From the NCBI GenBank assembly GCA_000092065.1, contig CP000596.1: 64,000 bases of DNA; one strand, 5' to 3'. The stretch is from Ostreococcus lucimarinus. Taxonomy: Eukaryota. The notes below the pieces were generated by a model, which worked only from the letters and a program-made list of their open reading frames with translations, was not told the origin of the DNA and ran no database searches. Of this stretch, positions 51,874 to 62,393 are shown piece after piece. Each line of letters starts with the position of its first letter. The stretch's first letter is position 1. A program made the position numbers and the translations under genes.

Positions 51874-53166
51874 GTGCGCGCGCAAACGCAATTGGCGTCG
51901 TCGTCGTCGTCGCGTCGTCACACCGCGACGCGCTCGACGCCCGCGCGCGCACGCACGCGCCCGATCACAACGCTCGATCGCACCGCCCTCGACATGCTCG
52001 CCGCGCGCCGCGCGCTCGACGCGCGCGCGCACCGATCGCCGACGACGCATCCGCGTCAGCGTCGCCATCGCGGCGACGCGCGGCGACGAAACGACGCGAT
52101 GACGCGATGCGCGCGCGCGAACGACGCGCGGAGAGACGCGCGACGATGCGCGGTGACGACGGGCGCGACGCGCGCGCCGGCGGGATCGGCGCTGGACGCG
52201 GCGCGGGCGTTCAGTAATCTCGTGCTGGATTCTAAAAAGTTCGCGAGCGAGGCGGAGGCGGAGGCGAACGCGATGGATTTGGGCCCGCGGGCGGGCGTCG
52301 TGAGCTCGTGCGTGCTGCTGTACAGCGTGAAGAGCGGAGGACGCGACGCGGGGGCGGTCGAGGGGGCGATGGCGGCGATACCGGGAGGATTGAACGCGGA
52401 GAACGTCGATTTCGTGGTGGACAAGGCGAAGGCGAATTTGGCGAGCATGTGGTCGACGAAGGTGGACGGTCGGGTGAGCGTGGAGCTCGGATGGTGGTTG
52501 GTGAACGACGCGGACGCGTGCGAGAAGAAGGCGATAGAGATGCTCGCGCTGTGTGATGACCTGAAAACGCCGAGGGATAAGCTGCTGTTTAAGATTCCGG
52601 CGACGTACGCGGGCATCGAGGCGACGCGAAGGCTCGAGGCGCGCGGCGTGGCGTGTCACGTGTCGCACGTGTACTGTCGCGAGCAAGCGAACGCGGCGAT
52701 CGATGCGGGCGCGTCAGTGGTTCAACTGTACTACTCTCGCTTGAACGCGTGGTACAAGTCCAAAAAATCGCTCGACGCGAACGCCGATCCCGGGTACGAG
52801 CTCGCGCGAGACGCCTTGGCGCGCGCCAAAGCCGCCGGCGGAAAGACGAAAATCATGGTGGCCAGTTTAGCGAACGTCGACGCCGTCAAGCGCGTTTTGG
52901 GAGCGGACTACTTGTTAGTGGGCCAACGCATCATCGACGAGCTGGCGAACACGCCCGCGAGTGATCTTGGGGAAACAATCATCTCCGACGCCGCGAGCGT
53001 CGCGGTGGGCGCCCCGGCGCGCCTCGACGAAGCCGCGTACCGCGCGGCGTGCGACGCGTCCCCAGCTTCGGAAGAGCTCGAGATCGCGCTCAAGCGCAAC
53101 GCTGCGAGTGACTCTGAACTGATCGATTACATCAACGAGCACAAAGGCGGCGGCGGGAACGCGTAA
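51874..53166 (+). CDS. Transaldolase-family protein (divergent, plastid-type) with a long transit peptide
   Basis: LFKIPATYAGIEATRRLEARGVACHVSHVYCREQANAAIDAGASVV matches the transaldolase Schiff-base Lys region (KIPxT.eGi.A...L...Gi..n.TlvFs..QA). The downstream SPFVGR motif is replaced by QLYYSRLNAW. Confidence 0.6.
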   Translation: MRAQTQLASSSSSRRHTATRSTPARARTRPITTLDRTALDMLAARRALDARAHRSPTTHPRQRRHRGDARRRNDAMTRCARANDARRDARRCAVTTGATRAPAGSALDAARAFSNLVLDSKKFASEAEAEANAMDLGPRAGVVSSCVLLYSVKSGGRDAGAVEGAMAAIPGGLNAENVDFVVDKAKANLASMWSTKVDGRVSVELGWWLVNDADACEKKAIEMLALCDDLKTPRDKLLFKIPATYAGIEATRRLEARGVACHVSHVYCREQANAAIDAGASVVQLYYSRLNAWYKSKKSLDANADPGYELARDALARAKAAGGKTKIMVASLANVDAVKRVLGADYLLVGQRIIDELANTPASDLGETIISDAASVAVGAPARLDEAAYRAACDASPASEELEIALKRNAASDSELIDYINEHKGGGGNA

Positions 53167-53329
53167 AATTTTGGCCAGTCGGGCTTCTCGGCGTCCTCGT
53201 CAGCGCGTCGCCCACCGCCGAGCGAGTTCGACTTTCCCGCGATCGATCGTCGACGCCGTTCGACGTCGACGACGCGCGCGCGCGCGATCCACGATCCGCG
53301 TCACGATCTGCGCTTTGTAACGAATAACG

Positions 53330-54346
53330 ATGACTTTACGACGACTTTACGACTGCGTCGTCCCGCCCGCGTCGTCCCGCGCGTTCAAACGAAACCGTTA
53401 CGCTCGGCGCGACTCGGCTCGACCGCACACGATGGCGCGCCTCCGACCGTGCGCCGCGAGCTGGCACCGCGGACACGGCACGAACAGACTCTTATGCGCG
53501 TACGAGTACTCGCCCGAGCGCAAACCGCGCGCCGTCGTCGTGTTTTTGCACGGCATCGGCGAACACGCCACGCGCTACTCGAACCTGTTTAAACGACTCA
53601 CGAGCGCCGGTCTGCGCGTCGTGACGTACGATTGCGTCGGACACGGCGCGTCCGAGGGCTTGCCCGGATACTTCGAACAGTTCGAGGACGTCGTGGAGGA
53701 CGCGCGCGGGTTTTGTGAGATGACGCGGGCGCGGCGAGCGGGACGCGAACCGCTGGTGCTGTGCGGACAGTCGTTCGGGGGACTCGTCGCGGCGACGGTC
53801 GCGGCGAACGACGCTCGAGCGAACGCGCGGTTGATCGATGGTTTAGTGCTCACGGCGGCGAGCATCGACGTGAAGTGGAACGCGGTGCTGAGGGCGCAGG
53901 CGGCGATGGGGGCGCTGTTGGCGAGAGGGGCGCCGCGCGCGCGTTTGGTGCCGGCGGTGCGGTTGGAAGACATGTCGAACGATGCGGCGACTTTAGAGTC
54001 GTACGCCACGGATCCGTACGTGCAGTTAGGACCGGTGCGTTGTCGCACGGCGTATGAGATCCTGCGCGGGTTCAAGGCGCTCAGAGCGAGATACGGAGAG
54101 TTGAGGTGTCCGCTCTTGGCGCTGCACGGCGCCGAGGACGCGTGCGCGGATAAAACCGCGAGCGAGCGCCTCGTGTGCGAGGCATCGAGCGCGGTGAAGC
54201 AATACGTAGAGTTACCGGGGATGCACCACTTGATTCTTCAGGAACCGGGAAGCGGGACGGTGCTGAATCGAATAGTAGAGTTTGTCGACGGCGTCGCCGG
54301 CGCGGCGTCGCCGGCCGCCCGGGACCAACCTCGATCGAGGCTGTGA
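53330..54346 (+). CDS. Alpha/beta-hydrolase, monoacylglycerol-lipase/lysophospholipase-like
   Basis: HGIGEH...GHGASEG, the nucleophile elbow GQSFGG, and a later LHGAEDACAD region (the Asp is in GAEDACAD; the His is in MHHL). An alternative start is the ATG at 53432. Confidence 0.7.
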   Translation: MTLRRLYDCVVPPASSRAFKRNRYARRDSARPHTMARLRPCAASWHRGHGTNRLLCAYEYSPERKPRAVVVFLHGIGEHATRYSNLFKRLTSAGLRVVTYDCVGHGASEGLPGYFEQFEDVVEDARGFCEMTRARRAGREPLVLCGQSFGGLVAATVAANDARANARLIDGLVLTAASIDVKWNAVLRAQAAMGALLARGAPRARLVPAVRLEDMSNDAATLESYATDPYVQLGPVRCRTAYEILRGFKALRARYGELRCPLLALHGAEDACADKTASERLVCEASSAVKQYVELPGMHHLILQEPGSGTVLNRIVEFVDGVAGAASPAARDQPRSRL

Positions 54347-54577
54347 CGTCGTCTCGCTCCCCGCCGCCGCCTGTACATTACGAAACCTACGACGTCACGC
54401 ATCGTCACCGAGCGAGCGAGCGCCGACGCGCGCCATGCCGCTGTAATATAACGTTTCGCGAAACCGTCCCGAGCCGCCGCGCGCGCGTCGTCGGCCCGTC
54501 ACACCGCCACTCGCGCGTCCCGCTCGCGTCGCGCCTCGCTCGCGCCGCACGTCGCGCGCGATCGCGAGTCGCTCGAA

Positions 54578-55975
54578 ATGCCCGCCGCGAGGCGCGCGCG
54601 CGCGGCGCCCGCGCGCGCGCAGCGAAAACCAACCACCGAGAAAGAATCCACCGCGCGCGACGATGTCGACGCGAAACCCGACGACGACGTCGCGGTGAAG
54701 CGCGAACGGCGCGCGGCGGACGCCGACGCCGTCGCGTCCGACGACGAGTCGACGCGGGCGACGAAACGGACGAAATCGAGCGAGACGGGGACGGGGACGG
54801 TTGGCGGCGGCGGCGACGCGTGCGACGACGATTTCAAGACGCTCGTGCGCATCGATAACAACGCGGGCAGAGTGATCGGTAAGGGTGGCGAAAATGTCAA
54901 GTACATCGAGAACACGTGCGGATGCGTGGTTGAATTTCGCCGCGATGAAGGCGTGGCGGTGGTTCGGCCGAACGTCGTCGGCGCGGGCGGCGCGCGGCGA
55001 ACGAGCGAGGAGAAGCGAGCGAGCACGCAACGCGCCAAGGCGCTGATCGAAGAGGTGGCGAACACGGGACAGATCATGGAGATGTTAACGGCGCACGTGC
55101 CGAGCGATGTCAACGCCGGGATACGGATCGATGTGAGCGTGGTGCCGGAAAGCGTCATTTCGGGGGACGACGAGGAGGAAATCGAAGTGGCGATTCCGTG
55201 CCCGGGGAAAGAGGGTCGCGTGATCGGTCGCGGCGCGGCGACGATTCGAGAGATAAGCGCGAGGAGCGGGGCGAGTTGTCACGTCGTTAAAGGTAGTGGC
55301 GTGTGCACGGCAAAAGGAAAGCGCAAGTGCGTGAGAATCGCGTATCAAATGGTGCACGACACGCTGCAGCTGCAAGTAGATAGATTCGCGGCGCCGAGCG
55401 CGCCGGCTGTGGCGCCACAGATGCAACCACATGCTTTGCCGATACAAGGTTTGCCTCAAGGCGCAGTGTTACTTCCGAATGGCATGGCCATGGTGCCTCT
55501 GGCCGCGATGGGACTCGCGGCGCCGGCGCCGACCGCGGCGCCGGCGACGACTATCGAGGTTCCTTGCGCCGGGAACGAGGGACGAGTCGTCGGTAAGGGT
55601 GGTGAAATGATCAAACATTTACGCGCCGTAACGGCGTGTGGGGTTGATATTAAGAATAACAAATCGCCGCACGCGGTGGTGGCGATTACTGGGCCGCTCG
55701 CGAACGCGCAACTGTGCGCCTCGTACGTGCGCGAAGTCATGGAAATGGGCGACACTCGCGCGACAGGGGGATTAAGCGGAGCGCCTCTACACGCGGCGCC
55801 GGCGAACACACCTCCGTTCATCGTGCCACAGCAGCAACAAGCGTATCAACACGCGCCGGTGACGCCACATTACGCGCCGGCGCCTCACGGAGCCGAGACG
55901 TGGGTACGATACTACGACGCCGAAGGTAAGCCTTACGAGCACAACCCGGTGACGAACGAAACGCGTTGGGTGTGA
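54578..55975 (+). CDS. Triple KH-domain RNA-binding protein with a C-terminal WW domain
   Basis: Three (V/I)IGKGG/IGRGA GxxG loops sit in KH-like contexts (RVIGKGGENVKYIE; RVIGRGAATIREIS; RVVGKGGEMIKHLR). The terminal WVRYYDAEGKPYEHNPVTNETRW is a WW domain. Confidence 0.65.
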   Translation: MPAARRARAAPARAQRKPTTEKESTARDDVDAKPDDDVAVKRERRAADADAVASDDESTRATKRTKSSETGTGTVGGGGDACDDDFKTLVRIDNNAGRVIGKGGENVKYIENTCGCVVEFRRDEGVAVVRPNVVGAGGARRTSEEKRASTQRAKALIEEVANTGQIMEMLTAHVPSDVNAGIRIDVSVVPESVISGDDEEEIEVAIPCPGKEGRVIGRGAATIREISARSGASCHVVKGSGVCTAKGKRKCVRIAYQMVHDTLQLQVDRFAAPSAPAVAPQMQPHALPIQGLPQGAVLLPNGMAMVPLAAMGLAAPAPTAAPATTIEVPCAGNEGRVVGKGGEMIKHLRAVTACGVDIKNNKSPHAVVAITGPLANAQLCASYVREVMEMGDTRATGGLSGAPLHAAPANTPPFIVPQQQQAYQHAPVTPHYAPAPHGAETWVRYYDAEGKPYEHNPVTNETRWV

Positions 55976-56006
55976 GGACTTTGCGACGTGAGACGAATGG
56001 ATAACT

Positions 56007-56696
56007 TTAGATTAGCAAATCGTAGTGATTTTCGCCGTTGTAGAGCAGCTTAATAGCCTTTCGCTTACCCTCCTTCGCGAATTCCTCGCCGTACGTCTGA
56101 ATCGACACGAACCCACTGCCCTGCGCGTTCTTCGCCTGACTCGCGTGTATGAACACCTTGATCGGTCGGCGAATCAACCTCGCGATCACTAACAATTCCG
56201 GCTCGCCGCCCCAAAACGACGGGTCCAGGATCCGTCGACAATATTGCTCCAAACCGTACTCGTACGAAATCGCCATCACCGCCTCACTAAAATTTTCCCG
56301 TTTCTCCGACGTCCGGCACAAACTTTCCGCCACGGCCAACCGCAACTGATCCGCCTCGAACTCCTCCTCCCCGCTCGTCATCGTGCGATTCGCGATCGCC
56401 GCTAAACCGAGCGCGAGCGACCGAAACATGCACCGCCCGTCGCCGCGCGTCCGCACGACTTGATAAAACTCCCCCCTTCGCGCCTCCCTCTTCGTCGCTT
56501 TCGTCGCTCTCGCGATCGAGAACACCTCTCGTCGCGCATCGCGCGTCGTCGCGTCTTCGCCGTCGCCGTCGTCGCGCGCGCGCCGTTCGGGCGCCGCGCG
56601 CGCGCGCACCGGTCTCGACGCTTTCGGGTTTTCATCGCGCCGCCGCGGCGCGCCGCGCGCGCGCTCGGCCGCGCGCGCGCGTCGCGGTTCGTCCAT
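56007..56696 (-). CDS. OTU-family cysteine protease (deubiquitinase-like)
   Basis: DGRCMFRSLALG is the Cys box. WGGEPELLVIARL and NGENHYDLL (the His box) are also present. Confidence 0.75.
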   Translation of the reverse strand: MDEPRRARAAERARGAPRRRDENPKASRPVRARAAPERRARDDGDGEDATTRDARREVFSIARATKATKREARRGEFYQVVRTRGDGRCMFRSLALGLAAIANRTMTSGEEEFEADQLRLAVAESLCRTSEKRENFSEAVMAISYEYGLEQYCRRILDPSFWGGEPELLVIARLIRRPIKVFIHASQAKNAQGSGFVSIQTYGEEFAKEGKRKAIKLLYNGENHYDLLI

Positions 56697-56777
56697 GTCG
56701 CGCGTCGTTCGCCGCGCGCGCGTCGCGCTCGAGGGCGTCGCGGAGTGCGGATCGCGGTTGCAAACTGTCCCGAAGAG

Positions 56778-57663
56778 CTAGCCTAGAGAGATTCTCGCGC
56801 GGCGACCGTCGCAGTGACTGAACGTGCGCTCGACGCAGTACGTCGCGCTGCGCGCCTTGAAACGGGCGCCGCGAAGGGCGCTGGTGACGGTGGCGCACAT
56901 GGCCTGCACGGCGCGCGCGCGCTCTGGGTCCATCTGAAAGCCGTCGGCTCTGGCGAAGAGTCGCGCGAGCGTGCAGTGCACCGTGTCGTTCTGCGCTCGC
57001 GCGGCGCCGACGGCGCTCCGAGCCAATCTCTCGCGAATGGTCTGCACGTTCCCGTGAACGTCGTTGAAACAAAGAATGAGACACCCGCTCGGCGCCAGGC
57101 AGACGCGATCGACCTCGAGCTCGCACTCGCCGCACCCGCGCAGCGCCTCCGCCACGGCGCTCTCCTCGTACGCGACGGCGTCCTCGCGCGCGTTCGGCGC
57201 GTTCGGCGGCAGCGTCGCCGCGCTCGCGAACTCCACCGGCGCGCGCACGTACTCGAACGTCCGACTCAGATGAAACAGCGTCACGTGCAGGCTTCCTCGT
57301 CCCGGCGCGTACGCGTCCATCGTCGTCCCGCACAGCCGCGTCAACTCTCGCGTCGCCCGCTCCGCGGCGCTCACGATCGCCGGCGCGTCCTCCATCGTCA
57401 GTATCACCAATCTCGCGCAATCGCTCGGCATGCCCATCTCCGCGTACGTCTTCGGCCGCGTCCCGACGTCGGCGCGGCGCGCGAAGCGAAACCGCCGCCG
57501 CGCCGTCGTCGTCGTCGCGTCCAGCCCGTGCGTCGCGAACGCGAGCTCGAGCGCCTCGTACGTCCGCGAGACCTCGCGCGTGTGTTTCACGTCGATCGGC
57601 GCGCGCTTTTTCGACGTCGACGCTTCGGCGCGCCTCGTCCGCGCGTCGTCGTCGTCGTAATCG

Positions 57664-57700
<37 letters not shown>

Positions 57701-57799
57701 GCGCGAAGACGCGCGACGCGCACGCGTAATACGCCCCCGCGCCGCACGCCGCGCCCGCGAGCGCGGCGAGCGCGATCGCGCGCGTCCGTCGATCGAACA
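56778..57799 (-). CDS. 2H phosphoesterase superfamily protein (LigT/CPDase-like) with an N-terminal hydrophobic anchor and a poly-Asp tract
   Basis: Two H-x-T-x motifs (SLHVTLFHL and TVHCTLARLF) are spaced about 90 aa apart. The N-terminus is AIALAALAGAACGAGAYY. An 18-residue acidic run is encoded by (GAC)n. Confidence 0.5.
57645..57699. repeat. (GTC/GAC)n trinucleotide repeat, about 16 units, encoding a poly-Asp tract within the 2H phosphoesterase gene
   Basis: The sequence gtcgtcgtcgtcgtaatcgtcgtcatcgtcgtcgtcgtcgtcgtcgtcgtcgtcg is seen directly. Confidence 0.8.
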
Positions 57800-57953
57800 T
57801 CGCGTCGCGACGTGCCGATCGATCGCATCCGTCACACCGCGCCGTCGCGCATCGCGACGGCGCGCGTCGCGACGACCGCCGACGCGCGCGCCATCTCCGG
57901 CGCGCGAACGTTCCTGCGACGCCGCCGCGATACGCGACGACGCGGCGCGAACG

Positions 57954-58907
57954 ATGGATTCGCGATTCGCGTGCCGACGCGCGCTCGTCCGTCGCGCGCG
58001 CGACGCGTGCGCGCTGACGCTCGCGGCGTGCGCGCTGATCGCGGCGGTGAGCGCGGCGGCGACGCCGACGACGGCACAGGTCTCGATCGGGGCGCGGCGC
58101 GCGCGGACGGGGGCGATCGTCGCGGCGTGCGCGGCGGCGGCGTGCGCGGCGGCGACGCGCGCGCTGGATCGGGTCGGCGCGCGCGCGCGGTTCGTCGGAC
58201 CGGGGTCGCAGGACGCGCGGCGCGATGGGCGCGCGCGCGGGGGGGGGTCGGGCGGCGCGGGAGGGGCGCTGGAGACGCGGGCGTGGAACGGAAGCGCGTG
58301 GGTGGCGCGAGACGCGGCGGCGGCGGCGCCGGTGACGCGATGGATGGGACGCGATCGGAACGCGAGCGACGGCGTCGACGTCGTGCAGGGGACGGGGGCG
58401 TTCGGGTACGGTGGGTATCAGGAGGGGGTGGGGTACGAGGACGCGCGCGCGCGCGCCGAGGCGGAGCGCGCGGAGCGGGAAAAGTGGGCGCGGTGGGAAG
58501 CCGAGGACGAAGAGCGCGAGTCTCGCAAAGCGGAGAAGAAGGCGGAGAAAAAAGCGGAAGATCGGGCGAAGAAGGAAAAATCGCGCGCGAGGCGTTGGCA
58601 AAAGTACGACGAAGCTTGGGCGCGGTTGGACGCCGACTCGGGCGCGTCGTCGGAACCGCTTCGCTACGCCGACGTTCCTTGGCCGCCGAAAATGAAAGAG
58701 CTCCTCGACCGCGAAGCCGGCGGCGCGAGCGCCACCGATCGCGAGCGCAAGCTCGCGTACCACCGCTGCGTGAAGCGGTGGCACCCGGACAAGTTTCTCG
58801 CCAGATTCCGCGCGCGCCTCCGCGCCGACGACGCCGAGCGCGTCGTCGAGCGCGTCGAGGCGGTCGCCAAATCCTTGACCATCGCCTACGCCGCCTCCGC
58901 CTCGTAG
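57954..58907 (+). CDS. J-domain (DnaJ-like) protein with an N-terminal TM segment and a Lys/Glu-rich charged region
   Basis: The C-terminal LRYADVPWPP...ERKLAYHRCVKRWHPDKF...AKSLTIAY is a J-domain with the HPD tripeptide. The N-terminus has the hydrophobic ACALTLAACALIAAVSAAA. The middle is AEAERAEREKWARWEAEDEE. Confidence 0.55.
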   Translation: MDSRFACRRALVRRARDACALTLAACALIAAVSAAATPTTAQVSIGARRARTGAIVAACAAAACAAATRALDRVGARARFVGPGSQDARRDGRARGGGSGGAGGALETRAWNGSAWVARDAAAAAPVTRWMGRDRNASDGVDVVQGTGAFGYGGYQEGVGYEDARARAEAERAEREKWARWEAEDEERESRKAEKKAEKKAEDRAKKEKSRARRWQKYDEAWARLDADSGASSEPLRYADVPWPPKMKELLDREAGGASATDRERKLAYHRCVKRWHPDKFLARFRARLRADDAERVVERVEAVAKSLTIAYAASAS

Positions 58908-59071
58908 TCTCGCCGCTTGTATTTACGTATTTATGTAACCTCCTCTCGCGCCTCTCGCGCGCGTCGCGTCCGGGATTCATCGACACCGCGTCGGTTCGAT
59001 TTCGTCGCGCCGCGTCGCCGTCGCTCGCGCGCGCGCCGACGCCCAACCTCAGAGGGCGCCTCGCGAGCGCC

Positions 59072-60958
59072 ATGCTTCGCCCGCTCGCGCCGCGCCGCGT
59101 CCCGAGCGCGCGCCTCGCTCGCGCGTCGCGCGTCGCGCGTCGCGCGCCGCCCGCGCGCCCGCGCGCCCTCGCGCGCGCGTCGGCGGCGGCGTCCCGAAGA
59201 CTCTTTCGCCGCGACTCGGCGCGCGACGACGGCGCGCGCGACGGCGCGCGACGCCCGATCGCGCGCGACGCGCCCGTCGACGCCGCGCTCGCGCCCGCGG
59301 CGCGCGAGGACGAAAACGACGCGCGCGAGGCGAGGCGCGGGCGCGGGACGAGAAGCGGGACGAGGGACGACGACTCGAGCGACGACTCGAGCGACTCGAG
59401 CGACGACGACGACGCGACGAAGGAGGCGTCGGTGAAAGATTTGATGCGATTCACGCTGCCGACGATGGCGATATGGCTGTGCGATCCGCTGCTGTCGCTG
59501 GTGGACACGTCGGTGGTCGGGCTGAGCAGCGGGACGCTGGAGCTCGCGGCTATCGCGCCGGGGAGCGTGTACGCGGGGTATCCGTTTTATTTGCTGGCGA
59601 CCGGGTTCGCCGTGGCGACGACGTCGATGGTGGGACAGGATCGATTGCTCGCGAGACGCGGTGGGGCGGAGGATGAAGACGAGCGCACGGTGGCGTCGGC
59701 GATCATGACGGCGTCGGGGGTGGCGGCGATTTCGGCGGTTTTGTTAATCGCGGCGCACGAGCCGGCGCTCGCGAGATACGTGGGGAGCGCGAATGTGGCG
59801 CTTTTGCCCTACGCGAGCGCGTACAGCGTGATTAGAATATTGGCACTTCCCGCGGGGATCATCAGCGCGGTGGCGCAGTCCGCGTTTTTAGCCGTTCGCG
59901 ATCCGTGGACGCCGCTCAAGGCGGTGACGCTGACGACGGTGCTCAACCTCGTGCTGGATTTATGGTTCGTCACCGGGTTAGGTTGGGGGATCGCCGGCGC
60001 CGCCTGGGCGACGAGCGCATCACAAGTCATCACCATGGCGCTCCTCATCCGAGCGCTCGTGCGTCGAGGGCCGCAAATAGACAAGGTTAAGGAAATGTTG
60101 CGCGAGGCGAAGGAGCGCGCGAAGACGTCGGCGTTTTCGTCGACGAAGGAATCGCGCGCGGTGCGCAACGTGGGCGCACCAGCGTTGCGTCTACCATTTA
60201 AGAAGCCGAGAAATGATTATCTCGAGCGTTTGAAGTCGATCGCCGGGCCGGTGATGATGGTGGCGCTCATAAAGTGTATCTTTGTTGGTGCCATAGTGCG
60301 ATCCGCGACGGCCATCTCCCCGGAGGCGTCCGCGGCGAACGGCGTGCTCTTGACCGTGTACTTTTTTTTCGCCGTCGTCGGCGAGGGCGTGAGTCAGGCG
60401 GCGCAGGCCTTCTTACCGCCTCAACTCGGTAACTTTGAAAAGGCTTCCAAGCTCGCGTTCAACATCATGCTCGTCGGAGTCGTCATCGGCGGCTTCAACG
60501 CCGCCACGAGCGGTTTAGTGCCGAGCCTGTTCCCGCAAATGTTCACGAAGAGCGCGCCGGTGATCGATCTCATGAATCAAGCCATCCCATTCATGGCCTT
60601 GGCGCTTTTCGCGCACACTGGTAGCATGGCATCCGAAGGTTGTCTCCTCGCCGCGCGCGACGGCGTCTTCATGTCTCTCTCCTACGTCCCCAACGCCGCG
60701 CTGAGCTGCGTCACCCTGTCCATTTTATCCGCCAACGGCTTCGGCGTTCGCGCTTCCTGGATCGCACTCTTCCAGTTCCACTGCGTTCGTTTGGTCATCA
60801 ACGCCGTCCGTTTACGCGCCGCGAACAGCCCTCTGCGAAAGTCGTTATCCGCCGTCGCCGACGCTTCGAAAACCGACCTCGCCGCCGCCGCCGACAATTT
60901 CGCCGGTCTCGAGGGCATCGCCGACGTCGGCCAAACCCCAACCCCGACCACGTCTTAA
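59072..60958 (+). CDS. MATE-family efflux transporter (DTX/EDS5-like) with a long N-terminal transit-like extension
   Basis: Twelve-TM MATE core (MRFTLPTMAIWLCDPLLSLVDTSVVG...; the second half is LKSIAGPVMMVALIKCIF...). The upstream part of the frame (57812..59071) is Arg/Gly-rich spacer and was rejected. Confidence 0.75.
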   Translation: MLRPLAPRRVPSARLARASRVARRAPPARPRALARASAAASRRLFRRDSARDDGARDGARRPIARDAPVDAALAPAAREDENDAREARRGRGTRSGTRDDDSSDDSSDSSDDDDATKEASVKDLMRFTLPTMAIWLCDPLLSLVDTSVVGLSSGTLELAAIAPGSVYAGYPFYLLATGFAVATTSMVGQDRLLARRGGAEDEDERTVASAIMTASGVAAISAVLLIAAHEPALARYVGSANVALLPYASAYSVIRILALPAGIISAVAQSAFLAVRDPWTPLKAVTLTTVLNLVLDLWFVTGLGWGIAGAAWATSASQVITMALLIRALVRRGPQIDKVKEMLREAKERAKTSAFSSTKESRAVRNVGAPALRLPFKKPRNDYLERLKSIAGPVMMVALIKCIFVGAIVRSATAISPEASAANGVLLTVYFFFAVVGEGVSQAAQAFLPPQLGNFEKASKLAFNIMLVGVVIGGFNAATSGLVPSLFPQMFTKSAPVIDLMNQAIPFMALALFAHTGSMASEGCLLAARDGVFMSLSYVPNAALSCVTLSILSANGFGVRASWIALFQFHCVRLVINAVRLRAANSPLRKSLSAVADASKTDLAAAADNFAGLEGIADVGQTPTPTTS

Positions 60959-61515
60959 TAAACGATGGAACACGTGTATCGTGACCTGTAATACATAACG
61001 TCGTAGACACAGTCGCGCGTCGTCGCGCGCGCCGTCGCGCGCGCCGTCGACCCGCGCCCTCGCCAAAATCCGTGTTTATCACGATACTCACGCACGCGAA
61101 ACCCTTCGCGCGCGGCGCGTCCCGCTCCGTCTTTTCAACGCGCTCGCGAACGAGCGTCGACTCGAGGTGCGACCCCGACGACGCGACCGCGCGATGCGCG
61201 CGCATCACTCTCGTCGCGCGACGCCGCGCCGCTCGATCGACGTCGCGCGCGCGACGGCGACGACGCGACGACGGTCGGCGTTAGGGCTTTGCGACATCGC
61301 GATCGCGTCGAACGCGAACGCGCGTCGCGCCGCGCGCGAGCGTCGAACGACGCGCGAGGGCGTGGAATCGGATGACAAAAACGCTCTCGCGTCGTTCGCG
61401 CGCGCGTGGGGTGGGAAAGGACGCGGGCGTGGGATGGAGGATGGCGATCTGTGATCGACGGACGATGGGACTGACTTTGGGACGCGACTGTCTCGCGCGC
61501 AGAACACAGCGAATA

Positions 61516-61608
61516 ATGTCTGATCGAGGCGGATTCTCCCGCGGTTTCGGCCGCGGTGGTGAACGCGGTCGCGGTGATCGCGGTCGCGGTGATCGCGGAC
61601 GCGGCGAT

Positions 61609-61643
<35 letters not shown>

Positions 61644-62337
61644 CGGCGACGACAAGGATGTGTGGGTGCCGTGCACCAAGCTCGGTCGTCTCGTGCAACA
61701 AGGGAAGATCAAGTCGCTCGAACACATCTTCTTGTTCTCTTTGCCGATCAAGGAGCACCAAATCGTTGAACACTTCATCGGTGGGGAGCTTAAGGATGAA
61801 GTTATGAAGATTTGCCCGGTTCAAAAGCAAACCACGGCGGGTCAGCGCATGCGCTTCAAGGCGTTCGTCGTCGTCGGCGACTGCAACGGTCACATCGGTC
61901 TCGGTGTCAAGGCGTGCAAGGAAGTCGCGCACTCGATCCAAGGTTCTATGATTTTGGCCAAGCTCAACATCGTTCCGGTGCGCCGAGGTTACTGGGGCTC
62001 CAAGCTCGGTGAGCCGCACACCATCCCGACCAAGGTTCACGGCAAGTGCGGTTCCGTGCACGTTCGTCTCATCCCGGCGCCGCGTGGTGCGGGTATCGTC
62101 GCGTCCGGTACCGTTAAGAAGGTGCTCGCCATGGCGGGTCTCCACGACGTGTACACGTGCTCTAGAGGTCACACCCGTACGCTCGGTAACTCCGTGAAGG
62201 CGACGTACGAAGCGCTCAAGAATTCTTACGGCTTCTTGACGCCGGATTTGTGGGCTGAGACTCGTTTCGCGAAGCCGCCGGCGCAGGAATTCACCGATTT
62301 GCTCTCCAAGCCGGACCGCAAGGCTCGCGATTACTAG
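61516..62337 (+). CDS. RPS2: 40S ribosomal protein S2 (uS5), single exon, with N-terminal GDRGRG repeats
   Basis: ...[42 protein letters not shown]...[26 protein letters not shown]...[23 protein letters not shown] is colinear with uS5. The N-terminal RG repeats are encoded by tandem ggtgatcgcggtcgc units (61560..61650). Confidence 0.9.
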
Positions 62338-62393
62338 ACGTCGACGAGTTTTACGTAGCTAGAGTTTATGATACAACAATCTTCGTAAACAAA

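Noticed and set aside
56814-59508. 697-aa (+) and 558-aa (-) ORFs, and the upstream 57812..59071 part of the 1048-aa frame
   Set aside because: On the plus strand only the C-terminal J-domain part (57954..58907) is protein-like, and within the 57812..60958 frame only the MATE transporter part (59072..60958) is. The remainder overlaps the 2H phosphoesterase gene on the other strand or is Arg/Gly-rich spacer.
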